This document shows positions 44,728 through 53,886 of a stretch of 64,000 bases of DNA, piece after piece; positions within the stretch are counted from its first letter, which is position 1; each line of letters begins with the position of its first letter. Position numbers and translations under genes: made by a program. The notes beneath the pieces are model-generated. The model worked only from the letters and a program-made list of their open reading frames with translations, was not told the DNA's origin and searched no databases. Source of the DNA: an uncultured Muribaculaceae bacterium (GTDB lineage Bacteria; Bacteroidota; Bacteroidia; Bacteroidales; UBA932); NCBI GenBank assembly GCA_964383385.1, contig CAYLGW010000006.1:21113-85112 (forward strand). The letters are read 5' to 3'.

Positions 44728-46569
44728 ATGCTTAAAGTATTACCTGATCAGATTTCAAATTTGATTGCCGCTGGAGAAGTTATACAACGGCCCGCTTCTG
44801 TCGTGAAAGAGCTCGTAGAGAATGCCGTAGATGCCGGAGCCTCATCGGTTCAGGTAATAATTAATGACTCAGGACGCACACTCATACAGGTTATAGACAA
44901 TGGCTGCGGAATGACAAAAGAGGAGGCTGTGCTCTGTTTTGAGCGTCACGCTACCTCAAAAATCTCCAAAGCAGAGGATTTATATCATATCTCAACTTAC
45001 GGGTTCAGAGGTGAAGCTCTTGCCTCAATCGCCGCCTGCGGAGAGATCACAATGAAGAGCAGAAAAGAGGGTGAGGAGACAGGAACGGAGGTCTGTATTG
45101 CCGAGAGCAAAATAGTCTCATGCTGCGAAACGGGAGCTGCGCAAGGAACCAATATTGCCGTAAGAAATATTTTCTACAATATACCCGCTCGCAGAAAATT
45201 CTTAAAATCAGATAATTATGAGTTCAGGCAAATCCTCTCTGAGCTGATAAAAATTGCTCTCACCAAAACAGGAATTGAATTCAAACTGATTCACAACTCA
45301 AAGACCTTAATGCATCTGCCTGTTACCGAAAATATTAAACAGCGCATAATCCAAATAGACGGGATTAATTCGGCAAAAGATTTGATAAACCTTAATGTCT
45401 CTACACATGTGGCCGGAATAAGCGGCTACGTGGGAAACCCTCAACTATCCAAGAAAAATCAACAGAACCAATATATGTTCGTAAACGGCAGATACTTCAA
45501 AAGTTTTCTGCTGCATCGGGCCATAATGAAGGCCTACGACAAACTAATACCCGAGGGCTCAGCTCCCTCATATTATCTCTACTTGCAGGTAGAGCCTTCG
45601 GAGATGGATGTAAATATTCATCCGACAAAAACCGAGATAAAATTTGAGAATGAATCGGTAATGTTTGAAATACTTCTTGCCGCTGTGAGAGAGGCTATCG
45701 GGATAGGTGCCTTCATGCCAGGACTGGACTTCGACACAGAGGGGAGTCCTGAAATTCCGGCAGTAAAATCTGATTTCTACTCCAATAGAGAGAAATACAT
45801 GAAGCCGCCAAAGATAGACTATAATCCGCTTTTCAACCCTTTTGAGAGCGAAAACCAAGATAACAGCAATGAATTTGGAGACGCAGGCTCGGATTTTGAG
45901 ACAAAAAATCCATACGGGCAACACAAAGAGGTAGATGAGGCACCGGGATTGAATGATAATTTTGCCGAAAGCGGCTCTATCCTACAAATAAAGGGCAAAT
46001 ATATTGTTACAACTGTTAAATCGGGTCTTTTGCTAATTGATGTGAGAAGAGCAAAGGAGAGAATACTCTATGAAAGATACCTCGACTCAATCAGCCACGA
46101 CAATCCGGAGGTTCAGGAGAGCCTTTTTCCAGAGACCATAGATGTCCGGGCAGAAAGCTACCACCTATTGATGGAGCACCAGGAACAGTTGAAACAATTA
46201 GGGTTCGATCTTAGGCCTTTCGGAGAGAATTGCATTGTCGTATACGGCATGCCGGCCATCTTTGCAAATGAACAAATTGCCCCGTCGGAATGTATAGAGA
46301 ACATTCTAAGCGACCTTAAAGAGTTGGAGAATGAGGGGAAAGACAATTCCGAAGGAGCAGAGGAGATGAAAAAGAGAATGAAGGAAAAAATAGCCTCCGA
46401 CATGGTAAAATCGGAAAGCCTCTTTAAGAGCGAAATAGATATACTTGAGGCTCAAATACTAATAGATTCACTCTTTGCCTGCAAGTACCCCGATATCTCC
46501 CCTCAAGGAAAGAGGTGTGTAACAATAATCACCCTCAATGAAATAGCAGATAAATTTAAAACAAGATAA
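44728..46569 (+). CDS. mutL: DNA mismatch repair protein MutL
   Basis: LIAAGEVIQRPASVVKELVENAVDAGA...DNGCGM...YGFRGEAL; 613 aa. Confidence 0.95.
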   Translation: MLKVLPDQISNLIAAGEVIQRPASVVKELVENAVDAGASSVQVIINDSGRTLIQVIDNGCGMTKEEAVLCFERHATSKISKAEDLYHISTYGFRGEALASIAACGEITMKSRKEGEETGTEVCIAESKIVSCCETGAAQGTNIAVRNIFYNIPARRKFLKSDNYEFRQILSELIKIALTKTGIEFKLIHNSKTLMHLPVTENIKQRIIQIDGINSAKDLINLNVSTHVAGISGYVGNPQLSKKNQQNQYMFVNGRYFKSFLLHRAIMKAYDKLIPEGSAPSYYLYLQVEPSEMDVNIHPTKTEIKFENESVMFEILLAAVREAIGIGAFMPGLDFDTEGSPEIPAVKSDFYSNREKYMKPPKIDYNPLFNPFESENQDNSNEFGDAGSDFETKNPYGQHKEVDEAPGLNDNFAESGSILQIKGKYIVTTVKSGLLLIDVRRAKERILYERYLDSISHDNPEVQESLFPETIDVRAESYHLLMEHQEQLKQLGFDLRPFGENCIVVYGMPAIFANEQIAPSECIENILSDLKELENEGKDNSEGAEEMKKRMKEKIASDMVKSESLFKSEIDILEAQILIDSLFACKYPDISPQGKRCVTIITLNEIADKFKTR

Positions 46570-46583
46570 AGAGAATATAGCTT

Positions 46584-47237
46584 ATGTTTAATAGAATACC
46601 TCCGGTTGTAAAAAACCTCATCATACTGAATGTCATCATGTTTATTATAACAATGCTGACAGGAAACTTCATGTATGAGAAATTCGCACTTTTTTATTTT
46701 CAATCCCCGCTCTTTAAACCCTATCAGATAATAACCCACATGTTCATGCATGGAGGTTTTGTACATATCTTCTTTAATATGTACACATTATGGTTCTTCG
46801 GAAGCGTCCTCGAAAACGTATGGGGAGGCAAGAAATTCCTCTTCTACTATCTTGTGACAGGTATAGGAGCAGCCATAATACACTCTCTCGTAATGTATAT
46901 AGAGGTAAGCAATCTCGAATCGGCATACAGAGCAGGAGAAATAATAGCTCAATCTCAAATAGTCGACATCTTCAGAACCCCGACAGTAGGAGCATCCGGA
47001 GCAATCTACGGCCTGCTTCTGGCCTACGGAATGCTCTTCCCGAACAACGTTCTGCAACTTATAATACCTCCGGTAGCATTGAAAGCCAAATATTTTGTCA
47101 TGATTTTCGGTGCTCTAGAACTTATTCTCGGAATCTCCTCTCCGGGTAGCAACATCGCCCATTTTGCCCACCTCGGCGGTATGATTTTCGGATACTTCCT
47201 TATCATATACTGGAAAAAGAATCACAGACTCTATTAA
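46584..47237 (+). CDS. rhomboid-family intramembrane serine protease
   Basis: HIFFNMYTLWFFG, GASGAIYGLL and AHLGG motifs; 6-TM profile. Confidence 0.85.
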   Translation: MFNRIPPVVKNLIILNVIMFIITMLTGNFMYEKFALFYFQSPLFKPYQIITHMFMHGGFVHIFFNMYTLWFFGSVLENVWGGKKFLFYYLVTGIGAAIIHSLVMYIEVSNLESAYRAGEIIAQSQIVDIFRTPTVGASGAIYGLLLAYGMLFPNNVLQLIIPPVALKAKYFVMIFGALELILGISSPGSNIAHFAHLGGMIFGYFLIIYWKKNHRLY

Positions 47238-47238
47238 C

Positions 47239-48336
47239 ATGGCTACACACTCCAGAAAAAAGTCGCCTTTCCTCTTCGGGTTTGTATTTAGGATAATACT
47301 TATTGTGGCCGGAACCGCAATGGTACTCTCTTACATATCGATCTATGTCGACCCTTCCAAATTCGGAGTGCCACTCTTTTTCGGGCTATACTTCATTCCT
47401 ATTCTGTTTATCAATATCTGCCTTATGATAATGGCAATAATAAACAGGAGCAGGTCGGTATGGATTCCTCTAATTGTTATTTTGCCCTCTCTTCTCTTCA
47501 CGGAACTTTTTTTCAAATTCGGAAGCAACAACAACATTAATAAAGAGGGTATAAAATTAAAGATAGAGAGCTATAATGTCGGAATGTTTTCTTCTTCGAG
47601 GAAGAAACTTAACAGAGGTGAATGTAGAGCAGCAATACTAGAATGTATCCGCGGTAATAATGCAGATATTGTTTGCTGTCAAGAGTTCTATGTAGATAGT
47701 ATTCCGCAAGCCGATTCTCTTTTGCCGGAGTATAAATACAAATTCTATCATTTTTTCAAAGTTAAGAACGGCAAGCACTTCGGGAATATTATTTTTAGTA
47801 AATTCTCGATAATCTCCTCAGGAAAATTAACTTTCCATAAAAGCACCAACCTTTCAATCTATATAGATATAGACCATTACGGTAGAAAAATACGCATTTA
47901 CAACAACCACTTGGAATCTTACAATATCTCTTTCGCCTCCATTGTACAAAGATTAAGTGATAAAACCAACAGAAACAGAAGGGAGATAAGTAACGATTTT
48001 ATTGAGGTACATGAAAAAATGCTCGGGAGCTTCATAAAACGGTCTGACCAGGTAAATATGATTTTGAATACCCTCTATAAAAGTAACTATCCCGCAATAA
48101 TATGCGGAGATTTTAACGACACCCCAATGTCCTATACATATCACAAACTCTCCTCCGGAAGAAAGGATTCCTTCAAAGAGTCAGGAAAAGGATTCGGCAG
48201 TACCTTTACAATCCTTTGGCCTTTACTGAGAATTGACTATATATTATTCCCCGAAAAATTCGATAGTACCAGACATATAATAGGCAAAGAGAAGTTTTCC
48301 GACCACTATCCGATTATTGCAGAAATAGTAATTTAA
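47239..48336 (+). CDS. membrane-anchored endonuclease/exonuclease/phosphatase (EEP) family protein
   Basis: N-terminal TM helices, then EEP motifs (SYNV, CCQEF, NHLES, GDFNDTP, SDHYPI). Confidence 0.75.
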   Translation: MATHSRKKSPFLFGFVFRIILIVAGTAMVLSYISIYVDPSKFGVPLFFGLYFIPILFINICLMIMAIINRSRSVWIPLIVILPSLLFTELFFKFGSNNNINKEGIKLKIESYNVGMFSSSRKKLNRGECRAAILECIRGNNADIVCCQEFYVDSIPQADSLLPEYKYKFYHFFKVKNGKHFGNIIFSKFSIISSGKLTFHKSTNLSIYIDIDHYGRKIRIYNNHLESYNISFASIVQRLSDKTNRNRREISNDFIEVHEKMLGSFIKRSDQVNMILNTLYKSNYPAIICGDFNDTPMSYTYHKLSSGRKDSFKESGKGFGSTFTILWPLLRIDYILFPEKFDSTRHIIGKEKFSDHYPIIAEIVI

Positions 48337-48347
48337 CAACTCATAAG

Positions 48348-49472
48348 ATGGCTAATATAGGTTTTGACGCAAAAAGAGCGTTCCTTAATTTCTCGGGGCT
48401 CGGCAATTACAGCAGAGCTTTCATCAATTCGATGAGTTCCTACTATCCGGAAAATATGTATTCTCTTTTTACTCCGGAATACGACAAGAAGAATAAAATG
48501 TTCGATTTTGTAAAAAGGGACAATATAGAGGTTATAATGCCGAGAGGAGTAGATTGTATTCTGCCACATTCGCTATGGAGAAGTTTCGGCATAACTAAAG
48601 ATATTGCAAAAAACGAGATCGAAATCTTCCACGGACTCAGCGGAGAGTTGCCCTCATCAAATTTCAGCGCAAAAAAAGTAGTTACTATGCATGATGCTAT
48701 CTTTATGCGCTATCCGCAACTTTATAAATCAATAGATAGAAAAATTTATGAGAAGAAATTTGCGAATGCCTGTAAAGATTCCGATAAGATAATTGCAATA
48801 AGCAAACAGACAGCAGACGATATAATGAGTTTTTTTGGCGCTAAAGCAGAGAAGATTGAGATTATTTATCAGAGTTGCGACAAAATTTTCTATAACTCTC
48901 CCTCTTTAGAACAGAGATCACAGATAAAGCAAAAATACTCTCTGCCTGAGAAATTTATACTCAGTGTCGGGACAATGGAGGAGCGCAAAAATTTAGAAAC
49001 AATTGTTAAAGCACTCCCGGAGATTCCGCAAGAGATCTCGCTTGTGGCAATAGGCAGAGCAACTCCATACCTACAGAAGGTTATTGCAACAGCAAAAGAG
49101 CTGGGGGTAAGTGATCGAATAAAATATATACACAACGCCTCTTTCGGCGATTTTCCCGCAATATACAAACAGGCGGTAGCTTTAATCTACGTCTCTATTT
49201 TTGAGGGATTCGGACTACCGGTACTTGAGGGGATAACAGCCGGCGTTCCGGTAATAACTTCCAATATCTCATCTATGCCGGAGGCCGGAGGAGATGGGGC
49301 GATACTCGTAGATCCTCATAATGCCAAAGAGATAGCGGGCAATATCCGAGAACTATACAACTCCTCTTCACTTACGAATGATCTCATTAAAAGAGGTTAT
49401 CTCTATGCAAGAAATTTTAGGGACTCGGAAATGTCAAAACACGTAAATGATTTATATTCCAATCTATTATAA
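48348..49472 (+). CDS. glycosyltransferase family 4 (GT-B)
   Basis: The C-terminal domain has SIFEGFGLPVLEGITAGVPVITSN (EX7E-type motif). Confidence 0.8.
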   Translation: MANIGFDAKRAFLNFSGLGNYSRAFINSMSSYYPENMYSLFTPEYDKKNKMFDFVKRDNIEVIMPRGVDCILPHSLWRSFGITKDIAKNEIEIFHGLSGELPSSNFSAKKVVTMHDAIFMRYPQLYKSIDRKIYEKKFANACKDSDKIIAISKQTADDIMSFFGAKAEKIEIIYQSCDKIFYNSPSLEQRSQIKQKYSLPEKFILSVGTMEERKNLETIVKALPEIPQEISLVAIGRATPYLQKVIATAKELGVSDRIKYIHNASFGDFPAIYKQAVALIYVSIFEGFGLPVLEGITAGVPVITSNISSMPEAGGDGAILVDPHNAKEIAGNIRELYNSSSLTNDLIKRGYLYARNFRDSEMSKHVNDLYSNLL

Positions 49473-49507
49473 ACTATTAATCTATTAAAAATTTAAAACG
49501 AATCGTC

Positions 49508-50068
49508 ATGAATTCGCAAATTGATTCAGCAATCAAAATTATGAAGGAGGGCGGAGTAATTTTATACCCGACCGATACTATCTGGGGCATAGGCTGCGAT
49601 GCCACAAATGAAAAAGCCGTTGAAAGAGTTTATCAAATTAAACAACGTTCCGACAGTAAAAGCCTTATTGTTCTTGCTGCAAATTTTGATATGGTATGCA
49701 GGTATATAAAGCAAATACCTGAAATAGCAATCTCATTGGTGGAAGTCAACGATAAGCCGATGACCATTATCTACCCGGGAGCAATGGGCCTTGCAAAAAA
49801 TGTAATAGCTCAAGATGGCACAGTCGGTATAAGAATTCCCGACAATGAATTTTGTAATAAACTCATATCGAGATTCCATAAACCTATTGTATCAACCTCT
49901 GCTAATATTTCAGGAGAACCCTCTCCGAAATCGTATGACGAGATCACGGATGAGATCTTAAATGCCGTAGATTTTGTTGTAGACCCGCAATTCGACAGTT
50001 CAACCCACCAAGCCTCACAAATCATTAAGGTCGGACTAAAAAATGAGGTTGAAATAATAAGAGAATAA
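49508..50068 (+). CDS. tsaC: L-threonylcarbamoyladenylate synthase (YrdC/TsaC type)
   Basis: ILYPTDTIWGIGCDA, K.R...KSLIVL and STSANISGEPS motifs; 186 aa. Confidence 0.85.
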   Translation: MNSQIDSAIKIMKEGGVILYPTDTIWGIGCDATNEKAVERVYQIKQRSDSKSLIVLAANFDMVCRYIKQIPEIAISLVEVNDKPMTIIYPGAMGLAKNVIAQDGTVGIRIPDNEFCNKLISRFHKPIVSTSANISGEPSPKSYDEITDEILNAVDFVVDPQFDSSTHQASQIIKVGLKNEVEIIRE

Positions 50069-50084
50069 ATATAGTTATAAAGTG

Positions 50085-50110
50085 TTGCTATATAGATTAA
50101 TATATAGCAA
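50085..50110 (+). terminator. hairpin after tsaC
   Basis: 10-bp perfect stem (TTGCTATATA / TATATAGCAA) with a 6-nt loop. There is no clear T-run. Confidence 0.45.
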
Positions 50111-50142
50111 AGGTACTATAATTAATTATTCGTATTTTTTAT

Positions 50143-50150
50143 TATCTTTG
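50143..50150 (+). promoter_or_regulatory. candidate -7 box (TATCTTTG)
   Basis: TAnnTTTG 31 nt upstream of the ATG at 50182. Confidence 0.4.
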
Positions 50151-50181
50151 CAACAATGATAATCCGCAAAATAATAAAATC

Positions 50182-51159
50182 ATGAATAAAGTAATACTAC
50201 TATTAGCTGTAACATTTACAGCATTGTCATGCGTTAAAAATAACGTGGAGAACAATAGCTCCAATTTAGTGGCAAGACTTACTACTACAGAAGAATTTAC
50301 TGTTCCATATATAAGCGGTAAAACGACCTATGTTACATTAGGCATCGACACAATTGCCATTGTAAATCAACCGGGCGTTGTAATTACTGTTTCAAAATCC
50401 TCATCGGCTACAAAGGCAGAATCTGATATTGTGGTAACATATAAAGATGGTTCCGATCCTAATGCGGGGACATGGCAAATGTGGCAAACTATAGCCTTCG
50501 AGGATACTAAAAGTGGCGACTACGACTACAACGATATTGTTATCCACACAAAATATGTAACCAAGGGGAACAATTGGTATATAGGTATTCACCCCATTGC
50601 CTTGGGAAGTGTTAACAATATTCAATTAGGATGCAGAATTTACAACGGCAAAAATATGATTTACGACAATATTGTAATATCAGACTGCCGGGCCGAACTC
50701 TTCGACGGAAGGGAGGGATTCTTAAACACCAAAGAAGAGGCAAACTTTTACTCCCCTCTCTTTAAAAAGGTAATAAGCGGCAACTATACAACAAGCGACG
50801 GAGCCCTTCTTGTAATTTGGTACATAGTTTCGAGTGGAAATACATTATACTCCGTTAATGATAAGTATGGTATTATGCTTGACAAAAATTCGAGACCTTA
50901 CGGCCTGGTTATTACCGATACTAAACGCTCCTTTTCACAGAATGGAGTCGCCGGAGTGGTTGGCAGAAACTGGTTCGCCTATCCATTGGAGAGTAATAAT
51001 ATAAGCAGTTGTTATCCAACCTTTGACTCATGGTTAAATGGGACAATTGCAAGTGTAGACTTTCTTACCTATAATAAAGTATTTGATATTGAAAATCAAA
51101 TGATTAACGGAAACAGAATTTATGAAATCTCCACAAAGGAGGCAAAACTCCCTCAATAA
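50182..51159 (+). CDS. LruC-domain-like lipoprotein
   Basis: Lipobox (ALSCV). The GDYDYNDIVIH motif is characteristic of LruC/DUF4842-type proteins (recollection-level call). Confidence 0.5.
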   Translation: MNKVILLLAVTFTALSCVKNNVENNSSNLVARLTTTEEFTVPYISGKTTYVTLGIDTIAIVNQPGVVITVSKSSSATKAESDIVVTYKDGSDPNAGTWQMWQTIAFEDTKSGDYDYNDIVIHTKYVTKGNNWYIGIHPIALGSVNNIQLGCRIYNGKNMIYDNIVISDCRAELFDGREGFLNTKEEANFYSPLFKKVISGNYTTSDGALLVIWYIVSSGNTLYSVNDKYGIMLDKNSRPYGLVITDTKRSFSQNGVAGVVGRNWFAYPLESNNISSCYPTFDSWLNGTIASVDFLTYNKVFDIENQMINGNRIYEISTKEAKLPQ

Positions 51160-51189
51160 TATCTCTTCAGACAACTATTCATCTCTCTT

Positions 51190-52041
51190 TTAATAAGATG
51201 AATCGGAACAGGAGAAGTATATATTTGAAACGGCGGCTACGGCTGCCGTTTCTGTTCTAAGCCGCGATTCGCCAAGATGTAGAGGAATAAATCCGTTCTC
51301 AAGAGCTAAATCAACCTCCTTTTGAGAAAAATCCCCCTCCGGACCTATCATCACAATAAAGAATGGTTCAATGCCTTGTAAGTTACATCTCGAAAGATAC
51401 TCCCGCACAGCACCATTAATGAATCTTTTATTTGTATTACCACAAAAAGCAATCATTTTCAATCTCTCATAGCAACGATGCGTCTCCTGTAATTTTGGCT
51501 CCTCTTCATTAACTTCGGCTCTACGTTCACCCGGAGTATCGTATCCGGCCCGAACCTCTCTCACTCCAAGAATCTCCTCATGATTCTTAATAAACTCCTC
51601 TACCTTTACTGCCTCATATAAACGAGGGAAGAGTGCCTTTTGCGACTGCTTGGCAGCTGAAATAATTATTTTCTCCTCACGTTCTGTGTTAATGACTCTT
51701 CTCTCCGAACACTCTCCTATCACAGGTATTATATAATCCATTCCCAATTCAGTACCCTTCTCTATAAACCATTCGTACCTGTCAATATTTTTTGTAGGAG
51801 CAACAGCCATGGCCAATTTATAAGGATGAGCTCCAAAATTTTCACAATTAGAGAGAATCTCACACTCAACCGAGTTTTTGAGAATGTTCATTACCCTGCA
51901 CAACAACATTCTCCCACAACCATCCACAATATTTATCTCATCTCCCACCCTGTGTCTCAAAACTTTTGAACAATGCACAGCCTCCTGTCCCTCCAAAATG
52001 CAAAGACCTCTAGTTACAGATGTAGAATAAAACAACTCCAT
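51190..52041 (-). CDS. rsmE: 16S rRNA (uracil1498-N3)-methyltransferase
   Basis: N-terminal PUA-like domain (H..KVLRHRVGDEI), SERRV, and C-terminal GPEGDFS.KEV. It carries a charged insertion of ~35 aa. Confidence 0.78.
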   Translation of the reverse strand: MELFYSTSVTRGLCILEGQEAVHCSKVLRHRVGDEINIVDGCGRMLLCRVMNILKNSVECEILSNCENFGAHPYKLAMAVAPTKNIDRYEWFIEKGTELGMDYIIPVIGECSERRVINTEREEKIIISAAKQSQKALFPRLYEAVKVEEFIKNHEEILGVREVRAGYDTPGERRAEVNEEEPKLQETHRCYERLKMIAFCGNTNKRFINGAVREYLSRCNLQGIEPFFIVMIGPEGDFSQKEVDLALENGFIPLHLGESRLRTETAAVAAVSNIYFSCSDSSY

Positions 52042-52087
52042 ACAGCATTATTATCTATTGTTGATGCAAATATACCAACAAAAAGAT

Positions 52088-52095
52088 TAAATTTG
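52088..52095 (+). promoter_or_regulatory. candidate -7 box (TAAATTTG)
   Basis: TAnnTTTG 38 nt upstream of the ATG at 52134. Confidence 0.35.
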
Positions 52096-52133
52096 CATCC
52101 GGGTATTGATTATTAGCGTAAACAGATAAAAAT

Positions 52134-53354
52134 ATGTCACAAGTTAAAAGCAATAGATATGTGGCTCTTGACGTTCTTAGAGGAATGACCGTTGCCGGCA
52201 TGATTCTGGTGAATAATCCCGGCTCATGGGGTCACATATTTCCACCTCTTGAGCATAAGCCATGGGTGGGATGTACTCCTACGGATATGGTCTTCCCTTT
52301 TTTTCTATTTGTTGTAGGAGCTGCAATGGCCTTCTCATTTGCAAAATATAATGAGAGCCTGAGCGCAACAAGCGTTAAGAAATTGCTTAAACGAGGCTTT
52401 TTGATCTTCATTGTAGGTCTCGGTCTCAATGCATTTCCTTTCTATCCTACCTCACCGGACCCGGAACTAACCTGCGGCCAAAACTATATAAATTATCTGC
52501 AACATATAAGAATATTCGGGGTACTGCAAAGAATAGCAATGTGTTATCTACTTGGAGGGCTGGTAGCACTTTGGCTTAAAAAACCTAAAAAGATAATTCC
52601 CGCAATGGTTATTCTTATGGGACTTCACTGGCTGATTCTCTTCATTATAGGTAACCACAATGCAGAAATGGTAGATGGTGCTGCAGGCGCATTCTCGCTT
52701 GCAGGACAAGGTTCAGGCGCTATTGATATTGCGCTATTAGGCGAAACACATGTATATCACGGCTACGGAATACCTTTTGATCCAGAGGGATTATTAGGTT
52801 CACTATCAGGAGCATGTACCGTACTCCTCGGATTCCTACTTGGCAACATGATAAGGACAACAGAGCATAAGATAGATGTTGTGGCAAAATTATATACCAC
52901 CGGTCTCGTCTGTCTTGCAGGCGGAATAGTATGGGGAATATGGTACCCGGTAAGCAAACCGCTCTGGACAGGCTCCTACGTACTATATGCAGGAGGCTGG
53001 GCTACAATAATGCTTGCATTTTTTATCTACTTCATAGATATTAAGGGAAAAGAAAAGGCCTTTACGCCATTTAAAGCACTTGGTATGAATCCATTATTTG
53101 CCTTCGTCATGGCAGGGCTCTTTGCAAAAATATTCGGGCGGGTAATAAAATGGACGACCATTGCAATGAATGACCAAGGTTACTTTACGGAACAGACTGT
53201 AAATGTTAACAGCTGGTTTTACAAACATCTCTGCGTTGCCATTGTCGGAACAAACAACGAGGTCTCCTCTCTTATCTTTGCTCTAATATATGTAGCTATC
53301 TTCACAGGTATGGCTATGTTCCTCTACAAGAAGAAAATAATCATCAAATTATAA
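52134..53354 (+). CDS. polytopic acyltransferase, heparan-alpha-glucosaminide N-acetyltransferase-like (DUF5009/DUF1624 type)
   Basis: The N-terminus RYVALDVLRGMTVAGMILVNNPGSW is typical of this family; ~11 TM helices. Confidence 0.62.
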   Translation: MSQVKSNRYVALDVLRGMTVAGMILVNNPGSWGHIFPPLEHKPWVGCTPTDMVFPFFLFVVGAAMAFSFAKYNESLSATSVKKLLKRGFLIFIVGLGLNAFPFYPTSPDPELTCGQNYINYLQHIRIFGVLQRIAMCYLLGGLVALWLKKPKKIIPAMVILMGLHWLILFIIGNHNAEMVDGAAGAFSLAGQGSGAIDIALLGETHVYHGYGIPFDPEGLLGSLSGACTVLLGFLLGNMIRTTEHKIDVVAKLYTTGLVCLAGGIVWGIWYPVSKPLWTGSYVLYAGGWATIMLAFFIYFIDIKGKEKAFTPFKALGMNPLFAFVMAGLFAKIFGRVIKWTTIAMNDQGYFTEQTVNVNSWFYKHLCVAIVGTNNEVSSLIFALIYVAIFTGMAMFLYKKKIIIKL

Positions 53355-53370
53355 ATTCAGGAGACCGATA

Positions 53371-53868
53371 ATGACAAAAATAGGCCTCATATCTGATACA
53401 CACTGCTTCTTCGACGATAAACTGAAGAATTTTTTTGAGCCGGTAGAGACTATCTGGCATGCCGGCGATTTCGGAAACTTAGAAACGCTCGATACAATCT
53501 CCAAATTCAAGCCGATGAAGGGAGTATACGGCAATTGCGACGACTATATGATAAGACTCTCCGTGCCCGAAGTTCAACTCTTCACTGTTGAGGAGGTGAA
53601 GATAGTGATGATGCATATAGGAGGCTATCCCGGGAGATACACCACGCAGGCAATGCAATATATCTTAGCCGAAAAACCCGATCTCTTTGTATGCGGCCAT
53701 TCTCACATACTGAAAATTATTTATGATAAAAAAAACAATCTTCTTGCGCTTAATCCTGGAGCCGCCGGTGTTCAAGGCTTTCACAATGTTAGGAGCGCTC
53801 TCAGATTCAAAATAGAGGGGAAAAAGATAACCGACATGGAGATTGGTGAATGGGAAAGGAAATATTAA
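53371..53868 (+). CDS. YfcE/MJ0936-type metallophosphoesterase
   Basis: ISDTH, HAGD, GNCD, GHSH motifs; 165 aa. Confidence 0.8.
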   Translation: MTKIGLISDTHCFFDDKLKNFFEPVETIWHAGDFGNLETLDTISKFKPMKGVYGNCDDYMIRLSVPEVQLFTVEEVKIVMMHIGGYPGRYTTQAMQYILAEKPDLFVCGHSHILKIIYDKKNNLLALNPGAAGVQGFHNVRSALRFKIEGKKITDMEIGEWERKY

Positions 53869-53886
53869 CCTTTAAATAAACATTAT